A program made the position numbers and the translations under genes. From a virus (lineage: Duplodnaviria > Caudoviricetes), in IMG/VR virus record IMGVR_UViG_3300010158_000004, positions 1 through 60,292 of that record: 60,292 nt of DNA. One strand, written 5' to 3'. Below, piece by piece: positions 1 through 8,996 of the stretch. Within the stretch, counting starts at the first letter, position 1. The number at the start of each line of letters is the position of its first letter. Below the pieces are notes generated by a model, which was given only the letters and a program-made list of their open reading frames with translations, did not search any database and was not told the origin of the DNA.

Positions 1-123
1 AAGAGATGTTCAATTGACTACCCTCGCAGAAAAGAAGCACATGTCCAAGGTCGCTGATCTTGGATGCTTAGTCTGCCGCAGGATGGGGCACTACGGTACC
101 CCAGCAGAACTACACCACAAGCG
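1..123. repeat. Terminal direct repeat (identical to 60170-60292); circular-assembly overlap
   Basis: Exact 123-bp identity between the two ends; ORF 59896-60186 runs into ORF 14-295 across the junction. Confidence 0.95.
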
Positions 124-295
124 GGCAGGCACCGGAGCGGGTAAGCGGGCAAGCCACTACGAGGTCATACCCTTATGCCCAGCCCACCATCGTGGCAATA
201 TGGGCTTACACGGTTTGGGCTCCAAGGGCTTTGTGAAGCACTACGGATACGATGAAGATGACCTCCTTGCGGAGGTCGCCCTGCTTATTCAGTAA
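14..295 (+). CDS. Ref-like (recombination enhancement) HNH/Zn nuclease
   Basis: LGCLVC...AELHH.R.G.G.G.RAS...IPLCP.HHR motif pattern. Confidence 0.7.
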   Translation: MTTLAEKKHMSKVADLGCLVCRRMGHYGTPAELHHKRAGTGAGKRASHYEVIPLCPAHHRGNMGLHGLGSKGFVKHYGYDEDDLLAEVALLIQ

Positions 296-3200
296 ACATC
301 TTCTTGGCCTGATACACATTGCGCAGAAGCTGATTTTGCGCCTTGGTTATCTCAGCCAGCTTGTCCCGCTTCTCATCTGCGGTCATTTCCTTTGAGCGGC
401 GGATTGCATTCGCCGCATCGGTAAACTCCTTCAGAGTAGAGTTAACGCCCTGCACGTATTCTTTTCCGGAAAGTTCCTTTTGGTGCTTCTGAATAAACTC
501 CGCGTACTCAGGGCTACCTTGCTTCTCCAACAAGCCTGCCGTGGCTACAGCCTTGTCTACCTCGTCCTTTAGTTCATAGAAGGCCGTTGTAGTTCCCTTG
601 GCGTTTGGATCAACCAAGAACCGTTTGATGACGGGCATCTGCTCCAATGGTAGGGATGGCTTCTTTACATCGCTGTATTGGTTAAATACCGCATCAGCCA
701 CATCCGCAAAGTACATACCCATTGTTCCGGTGTAACCCTGCAAAAGGTGGTCAATCAGCATCGGAGAAGTTCCCGAAAGCTTTCCTAGTTGCTCTGCAAC
801 CTTAGAGGTTCCCGCGTTCATCTGGTACTCAGGCTCCAATCTTTCCATGCCCGGCCCAACAATAGGACGCTGTGTAAACAGCGAATAGTTTGACTTGGCT
901 TCAAGCGCTGGCATGATTGCCTGCGGGATTGGGTTAAAGGACAAGGTATCCAATAGCGCCCGCTGGGATACGCGCTGCAGATCCTTGGCTGTATCGGTGC
1001 CGTAGTAGTAACGGTAGATGTGCTCAGGGATGGTCTTAAACAGGACACCCAACTCGAACGGGATCGGAAACTTTCCAACGCCCGGAATGATCCAGTTTAA
1101 ATCACGCACTTCTTCGTTTTGATTTTCGTACTCAGGGTTGCCCATGACCGCAGCAGCGTACATGCTGCTCAAACCTAGCAACATACCCATGCGTATTAGA
1201 GATGTCTTCTGCTGAAGCTTCTCTGCGTTGGTAGACATAGGATCCAGTGATGGACGAATGCCCGAACGGTACATGATATCCAAGCCCTGCAGCTTGGCGT
1301 TCAAGAATGGAACGGTCGCGGTGATAATCCGAACCAATGGGTTGTTACCCTTGCGGTTGAAGTTCAACACCTCCAAGGCTTGGTGCAATGCCTCAGCCTC
1401 GTTGCCGGTCTTCTTCATTACATCCTCGTACACAGAGATACGAACGGCGGCATCATGTGCCTCGCTGGCTTTCTCCAAGTAATGCCAAATTCCCGTAAAT
1501 GGGCTTGCAGCCATCTCCATCGCTGTCTTTGGTGCTCCACCCTTCTCCCCAATAGATTTCTCCAAGGCCTTACCGCTTGCCTCAATGCCGCGACCAAATT
1601 CGCCGGTGCTTAGTACACCTGCGTTTAAAAGCTTCTTGTAGGTTTCGGACTTATCGCCCATGACCGCAGCAAAGTTTTTAATGGTTCCGGTGATCGGTTT
1701 GATATCGCTACCGCTCAACATGTAGGAATACATCGAGTGCTTCATCATGTTGGCAATAATGAACGCAGGATCCTTGGTCACCATTGAGCGCAGGAAGTTT
1801 GCTGGCTTCGACAAGAAGCTCAACAGAGGCATCTCCGGAGTACTCAAGGAACGCATGGCATCCACCAGCAGTGGGTCTGCAACACGGTAGGAAACAGGTT
1901 GACCCTTCTCCAATATGGTCACAACATCCGGGCCGGAAGATACTGCATTTAAACGCTCCGCTTCACCCAAATCCATTACATCTCGAATAGCCCGTCGCCC
2001 TGCTTCGTTCTTCAATCCACCAGCAATTGCCGCCTGTGTGTTGCGGACAATGTTTTCCATGAAGTCGCCAAGAGGTGCTTCTCCACCCTTTAGGGTCTTG
2101 GGTGTTTTCACTCCGGCAATGTTTTGGAAGATCTTTGGCCCAACGGTGTTTTCACCGTCCATCTGACGGTAGAAGGGAAGGTAGTCCGAATGCTCTGTGA
2201 AGCGCTTTCCTTGTTCCTCGGAGATCTGGCCCGTATCCACCATGTACTTGACCAAGCCATCGCTGTACTTGATCCATTCCTTTTGAATGTCGTTGAACTC
2301 GGGGTACATCTTTTCCAAGGCCTTGCCATTGGCAATGTCTTGTGCACTGAAAAGCTTCTCGCGGTCTTCTTTGGAAAGACGCTCTGCGCGTTTAGCGCCC
2401 GCCCACAGTTGGTAAGCCTGATAGATCTTTGAATCACCGTACTTAGCCAAAGGAGCAAAGATAGCTACAGCGCCTTTAATCGTTCCGCCCTCATCGCTCA
2501 CGGTGGTAAATCCATTGCGGAAAACTGGGATGCCGCCCATGCGATTACCCACACCCAGTGCTGCTGCGGCGATGCCGGAAGCCTTATCGGATTCCAACGC
2601 AGCCGCTTCTGCGGACTGATCTGCCAAACGGTCAATACCACCCATCCGCTCTGCAATGCGGCGATCATTGACGCTCATCTGGTTGTACTTGTGTACAAAG
2701 GCCTGACGCAGCTTGGAGAAGGTGTCTGGTGCGATTGCGCTGGTAATGCGCTGCGCGTAGGTTTTCTCATCCCGCGCCGTAGATACTTTGTTTAAACTAT
2801 CAAGGATAGATTGCCCGTTGGGCATAGCTTGAATAGCGTCTGTAACTACCGTGCGCTTGCTTGCGCGGACATCAGGATTGAACCTGTCATAGGTACCAAT
2901 GTTGCCTGTGGCAGACTTCACCTGCGTGGGATCAAACACTGCAAGGTTTTTAACTCCGTGTTCTTTCACATAGAAGCTATCAAAGCCCGCAAACTTGATT
3001 GCATCCTGTACGGCCTCAGACTCAATGGTCTCCCAGCTTCCGCGCTGCAAATCTTTGCGCAGGTCTTCTCCATCGGTTAACTCAGCCAAAACGCGCTTAA
3101 TGTGCGCTGGGTTGGAGTAATCAAAGGGTCGTTCTGCGCGGACATACAGAGGCATGATATGCGGCCCAGTAGGCAGCATGTCTTTAAACTCAGAACGCAG

Positions 3201-6200
3201 GTACTCTTTGGCATCCGGCGTAGCGCTTTTGAGATCACCAGCCGAAATGCTTTTGATCATTTCTTGAGCATCTGCGCTGTTGCCGTAATCCTTCTTGATG
3301 GCTTTGATTGCCCGCTTGATGCCATCGTTCAGTTGCTCTTTGGTGAGGTACTTGGATGGGTCTCGCGCAACGTAATCAAAGCTGTCTTTGGCAAAACGAC
3401 CAGCAAAGTCTGCATCGTCCGTCAGGAAGATAGGAGCACCACGTTCGGTCTTGCGTGTGAAGTCCGTGGTGTCTTTAGCCAAGCCGTGGTACATGACCTT
3501 TGGCTGACCGCGCTCATCAACTATCGTGCTCTTGCCAAAGAACTGTTTAAACTCAGGTGTATCTGGAGCTGTACGCAAGCTCTTGCGAACATCTGGCGCA
3601 ATATTTGTGTTGGTTGCCCACTCAGGCATTAAACCAATCTTTTGATCTGCAAACTTAGTTTCCTCGCCGGAAGCCTTTCTGTTTGCCTCGGCATATGGGC
3701 CAAAGTTAACAACGGAGTTTTGGCCGCGCGTTCCAGCGGTCATTGCCCTTGCAGCTTCCGGAGAATACATGCGTACATGGGATTGGAATGCGTTTTCCTC
3801 TCCCTCTGCGCGGAATCCAAAGCCTTCCTTGATATGCCCAAAGAAATCATGCGTTGCGCGGAACACCTCCACTAGCCGTGCTGGGCGTCCGGAAATCATA
3901 ATGTCCGTTAAGGCCAGCGCAGGGTTGTGCTTGATTTGTTCCTCAGTAATGGCCTTGGAACCAAAGCCACCGTCTGCAGGGAAAACATACAGGTGGTTGT
4001 TGTTCAACACATCCAATATGGCGTTGCGTGGATTCCCGTAGGGATCCTTGTTGTTGGGCATAAACTCAATCTTGATGCCCGTCTTCATCATGGCCTTGTA
4101 CTGTGCAATGGTCTCATCGCCCCAAGCCTTGTAAGCCCTTGCCACCTCTGGGTTCAGAGGATCATCCGCCATTTGCAGATATGTGGCTGCAAGCTTTTTG
4201 GAAAAGTCAGGGTCTAGCTTGTGATAGCTTTCCTGCTGACGATAGGGTATACCGGACTCTTGGCCGTAAAAAATTGCAGCTTCCCGTGCGGGCGTGTAAG
4301 GGCCAAAGGTAACGTCTTTGCCGTCAACCTTTACCGTGGCTGGGAGCCCTTCAACCGGTTTCTCAAGATCTGGATACTTTGCCCTTGTCTCGTCATCCAG
4401 TAGCCGTATGCTTCTTCGTACTCCTCCCTGCTGTGGAAGTTGCCCTGCTTGGGTTTGGAGTTTTCCAGTTCCTTGAGCTTGGCTCTTAGTTCCATACCCT
4501 GTTCCTTCGTTAACATATTTTGTGACAGCATCATCTTGCGCCTTCGCTAAAGCATCGGGGTCATCGTAGTATTGATCGGGTGATATGACATCTGGAGTAC
4601 GAGACTCTTCGGGGTCATAGGCCATGTAAACAACATCGGGCTCACCCTTGTTGAACTCTTTAAACGTTTGCTTGTTCCATCCATCCGGGATGTAGTCCTC
4701 ATTCCACTTCATCCGTCCCACTACTTTAAATCCATTTTGGTAGTAGATATTTGGCAGCACCGTATCAAAAGCGTCCAGCTTGCGGCCACCTTCTTGCACT
4801 GCAAGTTGAAGCATGGATGAGGCAGCACCCTTGTGCTCCGGTGAAGAGAACACAGAAACAATGTCATTGCCTTTTAATGCAAAACCCGCCTTACCGTCCT
4901 GAGTCATAAACTTACGCATGTCTGCGTATGCTTCTTCAGGGTACACGTATACGGCAGCGCCGTATGGGCTATCTTCTTTTGATTTGGCTATGGCAGCTTG
5001 GAATACGTCCGCATCCTGTGGCTGCATTTCATAAAACGTTGGGGATCGGTGGCCAAATTCCCCAACCGTATTTTTGAAATCTTCTGTTGGCTTGTATGCC
5101 GCAACGGTCTCTCGACCTAGAACCCGAACGCCTGCGCCATCTCCAAAGCCTTCTCTCGTGTGAGAGTCGGGTGCTGCTTCATTGCGCTCTCGATAGGATC
5201 GTATGGCTGTTCTGAGGCTTGCTCTTGCCCCTTGGTCAGGTGCTTGACCATTTTGCTCAGTTCGTTGTACCTCTCCTGTGGGTTCATTCCCACGGTCAGG
5301 TTGTCTATTGAAGACCACAGAGGGTCTCGCTCGTCCATTACCATCCTTTGATTGAGCAATGATTGCTTCTTCGTATCCAATGTCATCGGCTTCTCTCCCA
5401 GTAAGTTTTGCATAGAGACGTTTTTCATAGTACCAAAGCGCGGCCTGAATATCTGCAAGACTTAAATTAACCCCTTTGTCAGAAAGGATATTCTGCGCTT
5501 TCCGCGCTGCCTCGTACATAAATTTGCGATCACCGGCACCAAATGGTGCCTCTTGCAACATTTCGTATTCATTCTTGTAGATGGTGTTTGCCATCTTCTC
5601 CATCTGGTGTTCGTACTCCAACTGAGGGTAAGCATCCCCAGCGGCGGCTTTGGCTTTTTTGAACCAAGCATCTTTACCTGCTTTGGTGTTTGGCTCTTTG
5701 GATTTTGCAAGATGCTCCAACTCGGTTTTGTAGCCGTATTCCTTGTACTTGTCGCGGAAAGGAATGGTTGCGGCAACAACTTCATCTCTTGAGGCGTCCG
5801 GTTTATCCATCATCTCGCGGAATCTGGAGATAGAAGATTCTGTTGCGTTGGTCATTAGTTGACCACGCATCCGGTTGATGGTACGTGACCACCACAAGTC
5901 CATCGTCAAGTATCCCTCTGAACCAGAAAGGTTGGAAAAGAATGCGCCAAGTTTTGGCCCAAAATAAATTGCCGCTGCCGGAATTTTTGTGTCCGCTGTA
6001 TAGCTGTTATCTGGCTTCTCACCCTTGCTGCGCAGATATGCATTTAAATCACGTACTGTGATCTCTCGCGTCATTTCTTTTTGGAAATTCTCTTTGTGAA
6101 CTGCGAGTAGGTTTTGCAACGCAAACAAATTATTGTGAAGAGCGGTAGCCCTGCGTACACCCATTGCCACCAATGGCTTCCCATCACGCAACTTGGCATA

Positions 6201-8972
6201 CAACTCAATTGCGTTTTTGATGTTCTTGTCTACGCGCTCACCGTTGGAGGTAATGGCAACCAACGCAGAAAACACTGAGCGGGCATGTTTGTTTTCCATG
6301 AGCTCAGGGAATCTATTTGCAAGACGTTGCAAAGCTTTGGGGTAGTTGCTGGAATACCAACCAGTGCCCGTGCCTGTAGCGCTGGTAGTGCCAAGCTGGT
6401 AAGCAACCTCATCAGCCATCGCATTAGCCAATTTGTCAGAGGCCTCTTGGCTCCTATCTTTAGGATCAATAGCCTCAAACTCACGCAGCGTTTTGTCGTT
6501 TAAAGCCTTGGCAACTTCGCGTACAGTGTTTTCGCCTGCTGCACCTTTTTTCTTTTTAATATTAAGACCAAGGTCATTTTGTGCAAATGTTTTATTGGAC
6601 TCCATGATCCTGCGGGTTGACAGAGGAACCTCATCGGTTAAAGTGCGCATGCTCTTGCGCATTTGCCCGGCGGCTTCTTGTCCTTCAGGAACCAACTTGC
6701 CAGCCTCAATCTTCCGGAATAAATCCTCTGAGGTTTGGAACCCTGCACCGTTGAATGCATTTTTGATGCGGGCAAAGAAGTTGCGCATGCCATTGAGCAT
6801 GGCACCAAAGACCCCGCTAGGTGCACCGTTTACATCAAAGTGGCGGAATGCATCAGCGATAGCCTCTTCACGCACCTTAGCCATATCGCCTTTGTAATCT
6901 TCGACGTAGGCGTCATAGCGCGATTGCTCACCGTCTTTGAGAGGCAATCCATCCACGTTGCGCTGTTTCAGGAACTGATCAATCCACTTAGTCTCCGCTT
7001 GGTGTTCCAAAAGCTTCCACTGCTGATCCGTGAAGAAGCCCAAAGCCTTCAGGCCGTGGATAACTTCATGGCGCAGAACACCAATAGGTTTGTTGGCATC
7101 GAGCGCAATCTGGATAACCTTGGAGCCATAGTTGCCCTCTTCCTGCAGACCTTTCACAATCTGCAAGTCAATATCACCCAGACCAAACTTCTTCAGGAAC
7201 GGAGCAAGCTTTGCATGAAGCTCTTCTGGAGTGATGCCTTGCTTTTCGACAACAGGAGTGACGGGCTTTACGGCATCTGGCAGTTCTGACAATGCCTTAA
7301 ACGCAGCATGAAGCTGCGGCTGAGACATGTTGTTTAAATCATTAGTACCCGTTGTTTTTGCTAGGAAATCTTTAAAGGCTTCGCTGCTGGGGTCAATCTT
7401 TTTATCATGCGCTGATGCCAGTAGGTCTGCAGCCTCAATGGGCTGACCATCAAAGCCCGTGCGTTCTGCAATGATGTCATGCAGTCCCGCATGAGACTCG
7501 GGCTTCTCCGCAAGCTCGTGGATGTCCTGCAAAGTGTAGGAGTTGGTCGGGTCACGATCCAAGTCTGCGGTCTTTTGCTCAAGCTCCTCCAAAAGGTCTG
7601 GAGCCTTGGTCTGCAGTTCATCTCGGGTGATCGGGCCGACTTGGTCGCTTACGGTGCCAAGCTTCTTTTCGGCTTCTTCACGCAAACCCTTGAGGCGGGT
7701 GTACTCAGTCGCAGCCTCATTGATCTGTGGCTTGAGTGCATCAATTTGCTTTTGAATAGCGCTGTTCGCCAAGTTGTCAGCCGCAGGGGTCTCTGCGCTA
7801 ACGGGGATCTTCTGAGCCTCTAGCTCCTTGCGCTGGCGCTCAAGTCCCAGATATTTATCAATAACTTGCTGTTCGTATTCCGGGCTTTGTTTAAATGCCT
7901 CAAGTTTCTCGGCTTCATGCGCTTCTGCTTCGCGCTGCAGCTTTGCAGCGGCTTGTTGTGCTTCACGCTTACGTCCTTCGACAGCGGCCACAGCCTCGGC
8001 TTGCTCGCCACGAGCACCCAAGATACCAAGAGGAGCACCAAGGAAGCCGCTTGTAGCCGCGCTTCCATATTGAGCCATTGCCTCATCACTCAGGAGATCT
8101 TGGCCCGCCTGAGCGCGGCTTAGAGCAGTTTGTGCAACCATCAAGGGCACACCAACTTTTGCACCCTCAACGGTTCCTTTGCCAATGGTTGCCCAAAATC
8201 CTTGTTGATCAAGTTTTTCTTGAGCGAGTTGTTGCACCTTGGATGCGGCCAATTTTTCTGCTGCGGACTTCTCGCCCTGACCCAGCAAAGCGGCAACCTC
8301 TGGGCCAAAGACCGTGGTCATAGCCTTAGCGCCCGTGGGAATCAGGTGTGCCACATCCAATGCGGTCTCGGGAACGGCAAAAGCCGCTGCCCGCGCTGTG
8401 CTGACATCGACTGGCTTGCCTTGTTTCTTCTGCTCTGCTGCTTGCTCTTCTACGTTAGAGCCAATATGAGAAAGATAACCCAATCCCAGACCCAATCCAC
8501 CGCCGATTTGTTGACCAATGGCGGCACCAGCGGGGCCAGCCAAGGCAGCGCCAGCAATACCGCCAGCAATGCGCGGTAAGCCGTATTCAGCCATGATAGG
8601 AACCGCACCAGCCAATGCCGTGGGAATCTCTCCAACAGCGGTTTTAGCGGCAGACAGCAACCCTCCGCCGGGTGCGTTGTAGGCGGCTTTGATCTTCTCT
8701 AAGCTGTCTTCAGTAGTGAACTGCTTGGCAATCTCTTGGCGGCGTTCTTCGCCCGCTTTTGCTGCCTCATTGGCATTGCCAAAAATAGCACCAAGACCGG
8801 TACGCATACCGGACAAAGCACCAAGGGTGCTGGCTCCCAACTCACCTATTACACCGCCCGTTGGGGCGGGAGCATTCATTTGCTGTATTTTTGCTTTGGC
8901 CTGCTCGGGAGTAACTTCGTCGGGAATGTTGGCAACCACAGTGCCATCAGGCATTCTTATTGAATACGCCAT
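285..8972 (-). CDS. Large polyvalent internal virion (ejection) protein: zincin peptidase, GWY/DLW domain, GNAT-like, HDFFGH domain, ADP-ribosyltransferase-like, LPD38-like C-terminus
   Basis: 2895 aa at the end of the podovirus late operon; LRHEVIH..EEAIADAF; LDAFDTVLP..Y...GF; MYHG...PFDY...GFDS...VFDPTQVKSATGNIGTYD; IPFELG...NPIPQ...NYSLF..RPIV. Confidence 0.85.
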   Translation of the reverse strand: MAYSIRMPDGTVVANIPDEVTPEQAKAKIQQMNAPAPTGGVIGELGASTLGALSGMRTGLGAIFGNANEAAKAGEERRQEIAKQFTTEDSLEKIKAAYNAPGGGLLSAAKTAVGEIPTALAGAVPIMAEYGLPRIAGGIAGAALAGPAGAAIGQQIGGGLGLGLGYLSHIGSNVEEQAAEQKKQGKPVDVSTARAAAFAVPETALDVAHLIPTGAKAMTTVFGPEVAALLGQGEKSAAEKLAASKVQQLAQEKLDQQGFWATIGKGTVEGAKVGVPLMVAQTALSRAQAGQDLLSDEAMAQYGSAATSGFLGAPLGILGARGEQAEAVAAVEGRKREAQQAAAKLQREAEAHEAEKLEAFKQSPEYEQQVIDKYLGLERQRKELEAQKIPVSAETPAADNLANSAIQKQIDALKPQINEAATEYTRLKGLREEAEKKLGTVSDQVGPITRDELQTKAPDLLEELEQKTADLDRDPTNSYTLQDIHELAEKPESHAGLHDIIAERTGFDGQPIEAADLLASAHDKKIDPSSEAFKDFLAKTTGTNDLNNMSQPQLHAAFKALSELPDAVKPVTPVVEKQGITPEELHAKLAPFLKKFGLGDIDLQIVKGLQEEGNYGSKVIQIALDANKPIGVLRHEVIHGLKALGFFTDQQWKLLEHQAETKWIDQFLKQRNVDGLPLKDGEQSRYDAYVEDYKGDMAKVREEAIADAFRHFDVNGAPSGVFGAMLNGMRNFFARIKNAFNGAGFQTSEDLFRKIEAGKLVPEGQEAAGQMRKSMRTLTDEVPLSTRRIMESNKTFAQNDLGLNIKKKKGAAGENTVREVAKALNDKTLREFEAIDPKDRSQEASDKLANAMADEVAYQLGTTSATGTGTGWYSSNYPKALQRLANRFPELMENKHARSVFSALVAITSNGERVDKNIKNAIELYAKLRDGKPLVAMGVRRATALHNNLFALQNLLAVHKENFQKEMTREITVRDLNAYLRSKGEKPDNSYTADTKIPAAAIYFGPKLGAFFSNLSGSEGYLTMDLWWSRTINRMRGQLMTNATESSISRFREMMDKPDASRDEVVAATIPFRDKYKEYGYKTELEHLAKSKEPNTKAGKDAWFKKAKAAAGDAYPQLEYEHQMEKMANTIYKNEYEMLQEAPFGAGDRKFMYEAARKAQNILSDKGVNLSLADIQAALWYYEKRLYAKLTGREADDIGYEEAIIAQSKDGNGRARPSVVFNRQPDRGNEPTGEVQRTEQNGQAPDQGARASLRTAIRSYRERNEAAPDSHTREGFGDGAGVRVLGRETVAAYKPTEDFKNTVGEFGHRSPTFYEMQPQDADVFQAAIAKSKEDSPYGAAVYVYPEEAYADMRKFMTQDGKAGFALKGNDIVSVFSSPEHKGAASSMLQLAVQEGGRKLDAFDTVLPNIYYQNGFKVVGRMKWNEDYIPDGWNKQTFKEFNKGEPDVVYMAYDPEESRTPDVISPDQYYDDPDALAKAQDDAVTKYVNEGTGYGTKSQAQGTGKLQTQAGQLPQQGGVRRSIRLLDDETRAKYPDLEKPVEGLPATVKVDGKDVTFGPYTPAREAAIFYGQESGIPYRQQESYHKLDPDFSKKLAATYLQMADDPLNPEVARAYKAWGDETIAQYKAMMKTGIKIEFMPNNKDPYGNPRNAILDVLNNNHLYVFPADGGFGSKAITEEQIKHNPALALTDIMISGRPARLVEVFRATHDFFGHIKEGFGFRAEGEENAFQSHVRMYSPEAARAMTAGTRGQNSVVNFGPYAEANRKASGEETKFADQKIGLMPEWATNTNIAPDVRKSLRTAPDTPEFKQFFGKSTIVDERGQPKVMYHGLAKDTTDFTRKTERGAPIFLTDDADFAGRFAKDSFDYVARDPSKYLTKEQLNDGIKRAIKAIKKDYGNSADAQEMIKSISAGDLKSATPDAKEYLRSEFKDMLPTGPHIMPLYVRAERPFDYSNPAHIKRVLAELTDGEDLRKDLQRGSWETIESEAVQDAIKFAGFDSFYVKEHGVKNLAVFDPTQVKSATGNIGTYDRFNPDVRASKRTVVTDAIQAMPNGQSILDSLNKVSTARDEKTYAQRITSAIAPDTFSKLRQAFVHKYNQMSVNDRRIAERMGGIDRLADQSAEAAALESDKASGIAAAALGVGNRMGGIPVFRNGFTTVSDEGGTIKGAVAIFAPLAKYGDSKIYQAYQLWAGAKRAERLSKEDREKLFSAQDIANGKALEKMYPEFNDIQKEWIKYSDGLVKYMVDTGQISEEQGKRFTEHSDYLPFYRQMDGENTVGPKIFQNIAGVKTPKTLKGGEAPLGDFMENIVRNTQAAIAGGLKNEAGRRAIRDVMDLGEAERLNAVSSGPDVVTILEKGQPVSYRVADPLLVDAMRSLSTPEMPLLSFLSKPANFLRSMVTKDPAFIIANMMKHSMYSYMLSGSDIKPITGTIKNFAAVMGDKSETYKKLLNAGVLSTGEFGRGIEASGKALEKSIGEKGGAPKTAMEMAASPFTGIWHYLEKASEAHDAAVRISVYEDVMKKTGNEAEALHQALEVLNFNRKGNNPLVRIITATVPFLNAKLQGLDIMYRSGIRPSLDPMSTNAEKLQQKTSLIRMGMLLGLSSMYAAAVMGNPEYENQNEEVRDLNWIIPGVGKFPIPFELGVLFKTIPEHIYRYYYGTDTAKDLQRVSQRALLDTLSFNPIPQAIMPALEAKSNYSLFTQRPIVGPGMERLEPEYQMNAGTSKVAEQLGKLSGTSPMLIDHLLQGYTGTMGMYFADVADAVFNQYSDVKKPSLPLEQMPVIKRFLVDPNAKGTTTAFYELKDEVDKAVATAGLLEKQGSPEYAEFIQKHQKELSGKEYVQGVNSTLKEFTDAANAIRRSKEMTADEKRDKLAEITKAQNQLLRNVYQAKKMFTE
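4331..4495 (-). CDS. Putative nested gene (54 aa, MELRAKLKEL...REEYEEAYGYW...) in the +1 frame of the polyvalent gene
   Basis: AAGGA 7 nt upstream of ATG; helical protein-like sequence; lies in a low-complexity linker of the host ORF. Confidence 0.55.
   Translation of the reverse strand: MELRAKLKELENSKPKQGNFHSREEYEEAYGYWMTRQGQSIQILRNRLKGSQPR
5117..5338 (-). CDS. Putative nested gene (73 aa, MDERDPLW...HPTLTREKALEMAQAFGF) in the +1 frame of the polyvalent gene
   Basis: AAAGGA 5 nt upstream of ATG; amphipathic helical C-terminus; lies in an R/G/Q-rich linker of the host ORF. Confidence 0.6.
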   Translation of the reverse strand: MDERDPLWSSIDNLTVGMNPQERYNELSKMVKHLTKGQEQASEQPYDPIESAMKQHPTLTREKALEMAQAFGF

Positions 8973-8996
8973 GTTTAAATCCCAGTTAAGCTGTTG

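Noticed and set aside
1-123. Biological terminal repeat
   Set aside because: It falls mid-operon and is k-mer sized, so it is most likely an assembly overlap
5462-7621. Other same-strand alternative-frame ORFs in the giant gene (5462-5785, 6230-6484, 6638-6826, 7361-7621)
   Set aside because: They mostly overlap folded domains, I saw no convincing RBS, and they have frameshift-like R/S/T/P composition, unlike the two nested ORFs reported
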